54,434 nt of DNA from an archaeon (GTDB lineage: Archaea > Nanobdellota > Nanobdellia > Pacearchaeales > GW2011-AR1): positions 1-54,434 of the forward strand of contig JBDRJD010000044.1 of the NCBI GenBank assembly GCA_043815245.1. Reading direction: 5' to 3'. Shown here piece after piece: positions 9,960 through 18,092 of the stretch; position 1 is the stretch's first letter; every line of letters begins with the position of its first letter. The notes beneath the pieces are model-generated. The model searched no databases and was not told the origin of the DNA. It was given only the letters and a program-made list of their open reading frames with translations. The position numbers and the translations under genes were made by a program.

Positions 9960-11165
9960 TTATTGATATCCTTTTAGTGTTACTATGCCACTACCATCAT
10001 AGGGTTTATGGATTCTTGTAACTAATTCTCCACCAAAATCCTCGCCTGTTTCTTTTTCTACTTCTCTTATATCTCTAACTTCACCTACTATTTCTGCATG
10101 GTTTACTCCCCTTTTATTAATTATATCTACTACTATTTCAGCGTCTGTTTGATTTGGAACTATGTAGGCAAATCCCATACCATTATTTTGTTTTACATAA
10201 GATTTTTCAGTTGGCCAGCCTGATTCTGTAATTAAGAATCTATGAACTGGTAAGGCTGGAAGTGGGTCTGTAATCTCGTATGACACCCCCTTACCCACCC
10301 TATTAAAGTTCTTAAAACCATTTCCAGTAATGTTTATTCCGAATATATCTTTAATTTCAAAGTGTCTACCTATTGCGATTGAATCTACTAAATAATCTGC
10401 TGTAGGAGTCATCATGGCTTCCATTACTGTAGCTCCCTCAAGAGCTGCTGGTCGGCTATCCAGGTGCCATCTCCCTCCATAGTGTTTTCTCCATTCTTCT
10501 CTTGCTTCAAGGGCTTCAGAAGGTGCAAGGATTGAGTGACGTCCGCCAGTGTAAGCATTACTATGTAGTCCTGTTGAAGCAACTCCTACAATTTTATAAC
10601 CTGGTTGAGGATTTAGATTAGGAACATCTTCTTTTTTAATCCATCCATTAAGTACAAAACCTAGGTCAACTCCTTTCCCCGGCATTCCTAAAGCAATCAT
10701 CTCATCTAAAGAGGCAGTTTCAATTTTTCCTAGATTTACTTCAAAAGGAGCATTTGGAATTCTTGTTCTTTCAAGTCCTTGTCCAATTCCTCTCATAATG
10801 TCTCCCATATGGTGTTCTTCCACATCACTTTGGCAAGCGATATACACACTCAACTCAGAAGGAAATGCTCGCATCATAGGGGCCATATCATTTAAAACCA
10901 TTTGCAATCCATCTTGCATTTGGGTTGCATAGTCTCCTGACCATGCACAGAAATATAGTTTAGTTCCAATGCCATCTACACAGTGAACAGAATACCACCC
11001 AGGATGTACTATATCGTTTTGATTTAATTCTGCAAAGAATCCTTTTCCTGAAGCTTTTCTACTAGATAGAAATGGGAATTTGGCAAGTGCGGCTTTTCCT
11101 GCTGAAATTGCAACCTCTTCTCTTGCTTCGTAATCTGCTAGTTTTTTATCACCATCTCCGTTCAT
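9960..11165 (-). CDS. purM: Phosphoribosylaminoimidazole synthetase
   Basis: VDGIGTK, MVLND, GVASTGLHSNAYT, NITGNG..N..R and NNGMGF. Confidence 0.88.
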   Translation of the reverse strand: MNGDGDKKLADYEAREEVAISAGKAALAKFPFLSSRKASGKGFFAELNQNDIVHPGWYSVHCVDGIGTKLYFCAWSGDYATQMQDGLQMVLNDMAPMMRAFPSELSVYIACQSDVEEHHMGDIMRGIGQGLERTRIPNAPFEVNLGKIETASLDEMIALGMPGKGVDLGFVLNGWIKKEDVPNLNPQPGYKIVGVASTGLHSNAYTGGRHSILAPSEALEAREEWRKHYGGRWHLDSRPAALEGATVMEAMMTPTADYLVDSIAIGRHFEIKDIFGINITGNGFKNFNRVGKGVSYEITDPLPALPVHRFLITESGWPTEKSYVKQNNGMGFAYIVPNQTDAEIVVDIINKRGVNHAEIVGEVRDIREVEKETGEDFGGELVTRIHKPYDGSGIVTLKGYQ

Positions 11166-11223
11166 CTATTTTTGTAACTTTACTTCTTTATAAATATTAT
11201 TCATTTAGGACTAGTAGTAATAA

Positions 11224-11460
11224 TCAGAGTAATTTTTTAATAGCTTTCTTTATCTCTTTACCTTGCTTCTTAATCTCTTCAAACCTTTTATCAACTTCGT
11301 CTTTGTTAACGTCTCTTTCATATTCATCTGCGTATTTAGGACCTAATGTTTCCTCACTTAAAATATTGACTCTTTCTTTAGTTATATCTAATCTGAATAT
11401 CCATATTTTGTTAAGAGATGGGGAATTTTTAAATTTATCTAAAGGTGTTGCTACTGAAAT
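11224..11460 (-). pseudogene. Open frame without an in-frame ATG, ending in a charged helix (...RFEEIKKQGKEIKKAIKKLL*); frameshifted gene or read-through extension
   Basis: 78 sense codons in frame with the TAG of ORF 11461..11706. An ATG at 11404 behind a TATA-like TTTAAAAA is out of frame and stops after 8 codons. Confidence 0.35.
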
Positions 11461-11706
11461 CTAATCTTTACCATATACTCTTTCTTCAGGAGGCAAGTAG
11501 CCTATAGCTTCTACTCCTGTGAATATGTATTGGTTAGTCTCGGAAGTTACGAATCCGATTTCAGAAATCCCTCCAGAAAGTACTTCTTCTAGTAAACCTT
11601 CTGGGATTACATCCGGGTTTACTCTTAGTACTCTTTTTTCTTTATCTAGTTTAGAAACGATTACTACTCCTTCTATGACTTGGGGATTGTTAAATTCGGT
11701 TATCAT
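11461..11706 (-). CDS. Hypothetical protein
   Basis: 81-aa ORF with typical composition directly downstream of tRNA-Glu. Confidence 0.6.
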   Translation of the reverse strand: MITEFNNPQVIEGVVIVSKLDKEKRVLRVNPDVIPEGLLEEVLSGGISEIGFVTSETNQYIFTGVEAIGYLPPEERVYGKD

Positions 11707-11736
11707 TTTTTTAGAACTCTTTCTACCTTGGGAAAA

Positions 11737-11828
11737 CGCCCCTACCGGGATTCGAACCCGGGTCGCTGCCTATCTCCCGAGCACGCTCGTCGAAAGGGCA
11801 GTATCCTTGGCCGCTGGACTATAGGGGC
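11737..11828 (-). tRNA. tRNA-Glu(UUC) with a 19-nt intron at 37/38
   Basis: GCCCCTA acceptor stem, CTGCC/GGCAG anticodon stem, CT-TTC-G|intron|A, GGTTCGAATCC T-arm. Intron ACGAGCGTGCTCGGGAGAT forms a BHB-like motif. No encoded CCA. Confidence 0.93.
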
Positions 11829-11854
11829 TCAAAGGCACCTAACGGTTTCTTTGT

Positions 11855-11872
11855 AGCTTTCTTAAGAAAGCT
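11855..11872. repeat. Perfect 18-bp palindrome AGCTTTCTTAAGAAAGCT upstream of tRNA-Glu
   Basis: Read directly from the sequence. Confidence 0.7.
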
Positions 11873-11944
11873 TAATTTTAAAGTAAAAGTTGGTTTAAAA
11901 ACCTAACTTCTAGTAAGAAAAATTCAAAAATAAAGAAAAAAGGT

Positions 11945-12334
11945 TTATAGATTGATCTTGTTACCGTACTGTCCTATAACTGGTACTTCCTTCATTTCTC
12001 CGCTCAGTGCGTACACCCAGCTGATTACCCAAAGGACCAACACTACTAGGTTCAATAGCACCATAATGAACCAACCTAAGAATGGTATCCATACTATAAT
12101 TGAGTTAACAATACCTACAATTATCGCAAGTATGAAGATCACTAGTGATTGCTTTGCATAGTACATTACGTAGGCATTATCTTTCTTTGCAAGTAAGGCT
12201 ATTACAAAACCTATTATGCTCAAAAAAGTTGCTAGCCACGCAAATAACTTGCTGTCGTCTCCACTTTTCGTTGTTGCTTTTACTGGTTTCTTAACTGTTG
12301 CTTTTTTTACCTCTTTTTTAGCTTTTTTTGCCAT
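11945..12334 (-). CDS. DUF4870-like small membrane protein
   Basis: Three hydrophobic segments, YYAKQSL, IPFLGW and ALSGE.KEVPVIG; Lys-rich N-terminus. Confidence 0.75.
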   Translation of the reverse strand: MAKKAKKEVKKATVKKPVKATTKSGDDSKLFAWLATFLSIIGFVIALLAKKDNAYVMYYAKQSLVIFILAIIVGIVNSIIVWIPFLGWFIMVLLNLVVLVLWVISWVYALSGEMKEVPVIGQYGNKINL

Positions 12335-12365
12335 CTTAATCTATAGACTTTTTAGTTTATAAATA

Positions 12366-12474
12366 TGAGCCCACCAGGATTTGAACCTGGGACCTCCGGC
12401 TTTCTTAGCTTCTGTCTCTAGCGAGACAGGGTCATATAAGACCGGCGCTCTAGACCAGACTGAGCTATGGGCTC
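12366..12474 (-). tRNA. tRNA-Ile(UAU) with a 33-nt intron at 37/38
   Basis: GAGCCCA/TGGGCTC acceptor stem, CCGGT/GCCGG anticodon stem, CT-TAT-A|intron|A. CTTA/TAAG helix gives a canonical BHB; intron hairpin CTGTCTC/GAGACAG. Confidence 0.9.
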
Positions 12475-12583
12475 ATCCTAATATAGAGTTTGATACGTTT
12501 TTAAAAGTTACTTGGTTTACTTTTTGGGGATTAGAAAGCTTTTTAAATGATCTTGGGATTGCATTATTGAGGTATTTAATAAA

Positions 12584-12811
12584 ATGGAAGAAGAAAAAGA
12601 AGAAACAGAAGAAGAAACAGAAGAAGAAACAGAAGAAGAATCTGAAGATTCTGATAGCGACTCTGAAGACAAAGCTGAAGAAGAATCTGAAGATTCTGAT
12701 AGCGACTCTGAAGACAAAGCTGAAGAAGAATCTGAAGATTCTGATAGCGACTCTGAAGACAAAGCTGAAGACGAGAAGGTAGATGAAGAAATCGCTGAAG
12801 ACGAAGAGTAA
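12584..12811 (+). CDS. Extremely acidic low-complexity repeat protein (75 aa)
   Basis: GAGGT SD-like motif upstream and T-rich terminator downstream; the sequence is mostly E/D/S. Confidence 0.65.
   Translation: MEEEKEETEEETEEETEEESEDSDSDSEDKAEEESEDSDSDSEDKAEEESEDSDSDSEDKAEDEKVDEEIAEDEE
12599..12766 (+). repeat. Tandem repeats: 3 x 12 bp (EETE), then 3 x 45 bp (EEESEDSDSDSEDKA, 12632-12766)
   Basis: Exact in-frame tandem copies visible in the sequence. Confidence 0.9.
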
Positions 12812-12817
12812 AGTCTC

Positions 12818-12861
12818 TTTTTTATTTTTATTTACTATTTCTTAATTTATTTTTTATTTTT
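12818..12861 (+). terminator. Oligo-T archaeal terminator-like tract
   Basis: Several T runs directly after the stop codon. Confidence 0.5.
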
Positions 12862-12904
12862 AAGAACGGATTAAGTTTTTATATGCCCTAATCCCTTATT
12901 TCTT

Positions 12905-14086
12905 ATGATTATAGGACTTGTTGGAAAGCCTTCTGTGGGCAAATCAACTTTTTTTAAAGCGTGCACCTTGATAGATGTAGCCATAGCTTCATATCCGTTT
13001 ACTACTATTAAACCCAATACAGGAATAGGGTATGTAAGGATTGACTGTATTGACAAGGAGTTTGGCGCGCAATGCAACCCCAGAACTGGTTATTGTATTA
13101 ATCATCAGAGGTTTGTTCCTGTAGAGTTGATTGATGTTGCAGGGTTAGTTGAGGGAGCTTCAAGGGGGAAGGGTCTTGGAAACCAGTTTTTAGATGATTT
13201 AAGGCAAGCAGATGTTTTTATTCATATAGTTGATGTTTCTGGGGAAACTGATTTAGAGGGAAAACCAGTTAAGGATTATAATCCAGTGATTGATGTAAAA
13301 ATGCTTGAAAACGAGCTTGATTTGTGGTACGCGGGGATATTGCAAAAAGTTTGGAAGGAGTTCTCGAGAACTGTTCAGAGTACTAAAGAGAATTTTTCAA
13401 GAGCTGTTGCAAAGCAGTTTTCTGGTTTGAAAGTTTGTGAAGATGATGTAAAGACTGTTTTGATAAGGGGAAAGTATGATACTGCAAATCCTTCAAAATG
13501 GACTAATGAGCAGATATACAACTTCGCCCATGAACTCAGGCATTTGACCAAACCAATGATTATTGCTGCAAATAAGTCTGATAGACCTAATAGCCAGGAA
13601 AACTTAGAAAAACTGAGAGAGGGCTATCCTGAACTCCTTATTCTCCCTTGTTCCGCTGACTCTGAATTGGCTTTAAGGGAGGCAAGCAAGGCAGGTCTGA
13701 TTGAATACATTCCAGGTAATAAAGATTTTAGGATAATTAAGGAGCTTAATGAGAAGCAAACACAGGCCCTTGAAAGTATAGGAAGGAATGTATTAGGAAA
13801 GTATGACTCCACAGGTGTACAGAGTATCTTAAACTCCGCTGTTTTTGATTTGTTGAAGTATATTGCGGTATTCCCTGCCGGAGCGCACAAGCTTGCAGAT
13901 TCTAAGGGCAATATTTTGCCAGATTGTTTTTTAGTTCCAGAAGGCACCACAGCATTAGACTTTGCATTTAAGCTGCATACTGATTTGGGCAGGAATTTTA
14001 TTAAGGCAGTTGACGCAAGAACAAAGCAGGTAGTTGGAAAAGATCATAAGCTAAAACATAGAGATGGAATTGAAATTATTGTTTAG
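12905..14086 (+). CDS. ychF: Obg-family YchF-related GTPase/ATPase with TGS domain
   Basis: GKPSVGKST, YPFTTI.PN, DVAGL, GKGLGNQFL, ANKSD and a C-terminal TGS domain. Confidence 0.92.
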   Translation: MIIGLVGKPSVGKSTFFKACTLIDVAIASYPFTTIKPNTGIGYVRIDCIDKEFGAQCNPRTGYCINHQRFVPVELIDVAGLVEGASRGKGLGNQFLDDLRQADVFIHIVDVSGETDLEGKPVKDYNPVIDVKMLENELDLWYAGILQKVWKEFSRTVQSTKENFSRAVAKQFSGLKVCEDDVKTVLIRGKYDTANPSKWTNEQIYNFAHELRHLTKPMIIAANKSDRPNSQENLEKLREGYPELLILPCSADSELALREASKAGLIEYIPGNKDFRIIKELNEKQTQALESIGRNVLGKYDSTGVQSILNSAVFDLLKYIAVFPAGAHKLADSKGNILPDCFLVPEGTTALDFAFKLHTDLGRNFIKAVDARTKQVVGKDHKLKHRDGIEIIV

Positions 14087-14607
14087 TATAAGTGCCCTGG
14101 ACAGAGGATCTTGTAACCAATCTTATTTAGCTTTTTTAAAGACTCAGCCATTTGTTCTGGAGATGAAGTAGGAAGATCTGTTCTGCCTATATAGCCATTG
14201 TGGAAGATTGTGTCCCCTGAGAATAATATCTTCTCCTTTTTTAAGAGTAAGCAAATCCCCCCTATTGTGTGGCCAGGAGTTTTAATTACCTCTAATTGAG
14301 GCATTCCTAAATCATATATATTCAATATTTTTTCATCTTTGAAATCTTCTTTACTCGCATAAAACTTTGCTTTTTCAAATAAACTATTGTTGTCGATGTG
14401 GTCATAGTGGTTGTGTGTTAGGATTACAATATCAATATCTTCTGGGGATATCCCAATTGATTTTAATTCACGTATAAGCTCAAAAGAATTTTGGGAGGTG
14501 CTTGTGTCTATAATTATATTTTTGTTGCTTAATTTGAGAAAGTAGACTACTGAACCAAATATATCAAAAGATATTTGCCATATGTTTTTTGTAATTTCTT
14601 TTATCAT
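14083..14607 (-). CDS. MBL-fold metallo-hydrolase
   Basis: THNHYDH, TPGHT, FSGDT, GRTDL and PGH. Confidence 0.9.
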   Translation of the reverse strand: MIKEITKNIWQISFDIFGSVVYFLKLSNKNIIIDTSTSQNSFELIRELKSIGISPEDIDIVILTHNHYDHIDNNSLFEKAKFYASKEDFKDEKILNIYDLGMPQLEVIKTPGHTIGGICLLLKKEKILFSGDTIFHNGYIGRTDLPTSSPEQMAESLKKLNKIGYKILCPGHLY

Positions 14608-15071
14608 AATAGTTTTTGCTGGGCCTCGTGTTTTTTTATGTGCTCATAAGCTTTCTTAATCATTTCTTTGTTATGCTTGACCTTAATTTTTTTAAGAGCC
14701 TCTTCGTAATTCAGCCATAAGAAGTCTTCATGTTCTTCTGAAACTTTGACTTCTTTTGCTTGCTTTTCTGTAACTTTTACTAAAAAGAAGACTGCTTGTT
14801 TTTTGATAAGTTTTGATTGGTCTTTATAGTCCCTAAAGAACCATTCTTGATTATGTTTAAACCCCTTAATCAGCTCCACGTTTTTTAGTCCCGTTTCTTC
14901 CCCAATTTCTCTGATTGCTGTATTTTTAACAGTTTCTCCTTGTTCAATCCACCCTTTTGCAAAACCCCAGTAAGTGGGATATTTGAGCATTAAAAACTTG
15001 ATCACACCATGGTCTGAGTAGTATATAACTGCTCCCGCTGACTTTTCATGTCCTATCTTTCTGTTTTCCAT
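14604..15071 (-). CDS. Nudix hydrolase (Ap4A hydrolase-like)
   Basis: EKSAGAV, Nudix box KGWIEQGETVKNTAIREIGEETGL and SEEH. Confidence 0.88.
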   Translation of the reverse strand: MENRKIGHEKSAGAVIYYSDHGVIKFLMLKYPTYWGFAKGWIEQGETVKNTAIREIGEETGLKNVELIKGFKHNQEWFFRDYKDQSKLIKKQAVFFLVKVTEKQAKEVKVSEEHEDFLWLNYEEALKKIKVKHNKEMIKKAYEHIKKHEAQQKLL

Positions 15072-15108
15072 AAAGTTTTAAAAATAGTAATAGTTTTAAA
15101 GTTTTAGT

Positions 15109-15327
15109 ATGATCATTAAAGTTAAGGTTAAACCTAGTTATTCTAAACGCGAGATTCAAAGCTTTGGCGATGGAAATTATCTTGTTTATCTTAAGTCAAG
15201 CCCTGAAAATAATAAGGCCAATATTGAGCTAGTCAATCTTCTATCTAAGCATTTTGGTACCCCCCCTGGGAGAATTAAGATTAAAAGTGGAGTTACAAGT
15301 AAATTTAAGTTAATTGAAATAAAATGA
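15109..15327 (+). CDS. DUF167 (YggU-like) protein
   Basis: VKVKP, PENNKAN.EL..LLSKHF and I.SG.TSK.K. Confidence 0.85.
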   Translation: MIIKVKVKPSYSKREIQSFGDGNYLVYLKSSPENNKANIELVNLLSKHFGTPPGRIKIKSGVTSKFKLIEIK

Positions 15328-16232
15328 GCAAAGGACAGAAAGCTGAATCATTGTTGGAGTTAAAAAGAAAGGGACTTTTTAATCAGAAGCTTGTTGTTTT
15401 AGAGGACCTTCCTGAAAAAAAAGATTTTTTTAATTTGTTAATGGAAAAAGGATTTAAAAATGGAGAGGATCTTGCTGTAAGATTTTCTTCTCCTACTAAG
15501 CATACAAATCTGCCGAGGAGTATTGTGATTAAGTCTATTGAGGGCGTTTATAGCTTTATTAAAGAGAATTTTAAAGATGGCCTTTATCCAATCATTCATA
15601 CTTTTGTCTTTCCCGATTTTGGAGGCACTTTGATTAAGAAAAATGATAAATTTTACATTAATATTGTAAATGGCGCCTGGGAACCTTTATCGTCCCAGAG
15701 TTGTGATGTTATTATCTTGGGGGATGAGGATTTTATTTGGTTTTATCCAGAAGAAAAGGAGTGTTTGCTTGTTGAAGGTGAGAGGTTGATCAAAAAAAGA
15801 TTAAAAAATGTCGAGGAGGATATTATTTCTCTTGCAATTTTTATAAAAAGAAAGGTTGAAACTCTCGGTTTTGATGAAGATATACTCTATGAGTTTATTT
15901 TTACGCCTGACAAAGAGTTTGTAGTCATGGAGTTTAGGAAGGGGGTTGATATTGGTGACTTTGACTTACAAGTCAGGCGGCTTGATGTTTTAGAGATTAA
16001 GGAAGGGGGGGATTTGGATAAGTGGGACAAAAAGCAGGACTTGCTTCTATCAGTGCCTGTTGACAGAGAAGAGGATATTGTTCTGTTTGATATAATTGAG
16101 AAGATAAAACCTTATAAGCAGAAGGTGTATGTTGATTATGGGTTGTGTTCCCACCCATGTATTATTTTAAGGGAACATGGAATTAAAACAATTCCTTATC
16201 ATATTCACCATAAGAAAATTGTTTTTAGTTGA
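15324..16232 (+). CDS. Hypothetical protein with degenerate PEP-synthetase-like ATP-grasp and phospho-His motifs
   Basis: KAESL.EL, LAVRFSS and C-terminal GLCSHPCIILREHGI. Confidence 0.55.
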   Translation: MSKGQKAESLLELKRKGLFNQKLVVLEDLPEKKDFFNLLMEKGFKNGEDLAVRFSSPTKHTNLPRSIVIKSIEGVYSFIKENFKDGLYPIIHTFVFPDFGGTLIKKNDKFYINIVNGAWEPLSSQSCDVIILGDEDFIWFYPEEKECLLVEGERLIKKRLKNVEEDIISLAIFIKRKVETLGFDEDILYEFIFTPDKEFVVMEFRKGVDIGDFDLQVRRLDVLEIKEGGDLDKWDKKQDLLLSVPVDREEDIVLFDIIEKIKPYKQKVYVDYGLCSHPCIILREHGIKTIPYHIHHKKIVFS

Positions 16233-16241
16233 GAGGTTAAA

Positions 16242-16628
16242 ATGAGGTATGAGCATGCGCCAGATTTACAGGAAAGAGCAAAGGAAATAGTTGGAAAAAT
16301 ATTTCCACATGTTAGAATGAATGATGTGGTATGCATGAGGGGGTTCGGGAGTAGTTCTAGGGGGACTATCGCAAGATGTCACGCGTTAAATAAGATTATG
16401 CAAAAAGCTCTTGGGAGAAAGGGGTTTTATATCCTTGAGTTTTTAAGTGAAAGATTTGATAAGCTTACTGAAGAGGAGAAAACTAAAATAATTATTCATG
16501 AGCTGATGCATATTCCTAAAAGTTTTGGAGGGGGGTTTAAGCACCATGACTATGTTACAGCTAAGAATATCAATAAGCTTTACAGCGAGTATATACTGAG
16601 AGTTCAGGAAGAGAGGTTTTTAACATGA
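16242..16628 (+). CDS. Putative metallopeptidase (HExxH)
   Basis: IARCHAL and IIIHELMHIP..FGGG. Confidence 0.8.
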   Translation: MRYEHAPDLQERAKEIVGKIFPHVRMNDVVCMRGFGSSSRGTIARCHALNKIMQKALGRKGFYILEFLSERFDKLTEEEKTKIIIHELMHIPKSFGGGFKHHDYVTAKNINKLYSEYILRVQEERFLT

Positions 16629-16963
16629 AAGCGAAAATTAGGTTTAAAGGAAAGGAAATACTTATTGAGGACATTAGGAAGTGTAGTTTTTTTTGGAGGT
16701 TTAAGGGGTTGATGTTTACAAATCCTAGAGATGCACAGGCCTTACTGTTTGAATTTAATAAAAAGGGTAGGCAGGCGATTCATTCTTATTTTGTAAGATT
16801 TCCATTTATTGCAATCTGGCTCGATGAGGAAGGAAAGATCATGGAGTATAAGGTTATTTCTTCAAGAAATTTGTCTATTAAACCTGAAAAGGAATTTGCT
16901 AAACTTATTGAAGTTCCAATAACCTCCAAATACCAGGCCGTATTTGACTTCTTTTCAAAATGA
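16625..16963 (+). CDS. DUF192 family protein
   Basis: GLMF, LLFEF, IHSYFVRFP, WLD and IEVP. Confidence 0.8.
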   Translation: MKAKIRFKGKEILIEDIRKCSFFWRFKGLMFTNPRDAQALLFEFNKKGRQAIHSYFVRFPFIAIWLDEEGKIMEYKVISSRNLSIKPEKEFAKLIEVPITSKYQAVFDFFSK

Positions 16964-17078
16964 TATTTAGAGAAAGGTTTAAATACTTCTCCGTCGTGAG
17001 ATATGTAAGACGCAGAAAATGGAATTTTCTATTTCATTCAAAACTTGCGTTTTGAAGACTAAGAAAAAGGAGGTTAAA

Positions 17079-17237
17079 ATGGGAAAAGTTATATTAAAAA
17101 AAGCTGTTACAAGAAAGAAAGGATTTTTGTACTATGTCGACGGTAGTGGTAATGTCTGTGAAGCAAAGATGGCTAGAGGCGGAAAGAAGAAAAAGAAAGC
17201 AGCAAAGAAGAAAGTTACCAAAAAAAAGAAGAGGTAA
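17079..17237 (+). CDS. Small very basic protein (52 aa), possibly nucleic-acid binding
   Basis: GGAGGT SD before ATG 17079; GFLYYVD..GNV..AKMARGG followed by a poly-Lys tail; T-rich terminator after. Confidence 0.75.
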   Translation: MGKVILKKAVTRKKGFLYYVDGSGNVCEAKMARGGKKKKKAAKKKVTKKKKR

Positions 17238-17348
17238 GGTCTAATATACATTTTTTATTTTTTCTATTTAATTTTATATATTTTTTTGTTTAATCTGCTG
17301 TTTGGCCCTAAGCAAAAGGTATTTAAAACAATTACTGCTGTAAAAATT

Positions 17349-18092
17349 ATGGATTGTGCAATTTTAACAGCAGGGTATGGAACTAGACTTTATCCAGTTA
17401 CTAAGGGCCAGCCCAAGGGACTTATTGATGTAGCCGGAAAAGTACTTCTTGAAAGGATATTAAATAAGGTTAAGGAGTTAGGCGAGATTGATAAAGTGTT
17501 TATCGTCACTAATAATAAGTTTTATGAAAAATTTGCTTCTTGGTTAGAGGATTATGCAGGGGATTTTAAGGAGAAAATTGAGATTATCAATGATCAGACT
17601 GATAGTGATGGGGATAGGCTTGGAACTATTGGAGATTTGGACTTTTTGATTAAAGAAAAAGCTATAAGTGATGATTTGTTTGTGATTCTGGGAGACAATT
17701 TATTTGAATTTGATCTTAATCTTTTTATGAAGTTTTTTGAAGTTAAAAAGAATACTTGTGTGATCTTAAAGTACTTGGAGAACAAGGAAGATGTAAAAAA
17801 TTTTGGAGTAGTAGATTTAGATGATGACAACAAGGTTATTGATTTTCAGGAAAAGCCTGAGCAACCTAATTCGAATTTGATCAGCACTGGTTTGTACTTA
17901 CTTGCTAAAAAAGATATTGATGATGTTTCTAAGTATAAGGCGGAGGGAAATGACATGGATAAGATGGGGTTTTTATTTGAGTGGTTGTCGAGAAAAGGAG
18001 AGGTTTATGGTTTTGTTTCTGAAGATGAATGGTGGGATATTGGAAGTGTTGAGGCCTTGGATGAGGTTAAGAGAAGATATTCTGGAAAATGA
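17349..18092 (+). CDS. Sugar-phosphate nucleotidyltransferase
   Basis: ILTAGYGTRLYP.T...PK, GDNL, FGVV, EKP and WWDIG; ATG at 17349. Confidence 0.88.
   Translation: MDCAILTAGYGTRLYPVTKGQPKGLIDVAGKVLLERILNKVKELGEIDKVFIVTNNKFYEKFASWLEDYAGDFKEKIEIINDQTDSDGDRLGTIGDLDFLIKEKAISDDLFVILGDNLFEFDLNLFMKFFEVKKNTCVILKYLENKEDVKNFGVVDLDDDNKVIDFQEKPEQPNSNLISTGLYLLAKKDIDDVSKYKAEGNDMDKMGFLFEWLSRKGEVYGFVSEDEWWDIGSVEALDEVKRRYSGK

Noticed and set aside
11519-11824. 101-aa + strand ORF
   Set aside because: Antisense to tRNA-Glu and to ORF 11461..11706.
11737-12474. tRNA-targeted integrated element or provirus
   Set aside because: No integrase, no duplicated tRNA 3' end and no viral hallmark genes in the window.
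12599-12766. Possible CRISPR array
   Set aside because: The repeats are head-to-tail with no unique spacers, are in frame within an ORF, and no cas genes are present.
12381-12782. Alternative ORFs 12381..12782 (+) and 12517..12762 (-)
   Set aside because: These are other-frame or antisense readings of the repeat and overlap tRNA-Ile; the acidic frame has the SD and terminator.
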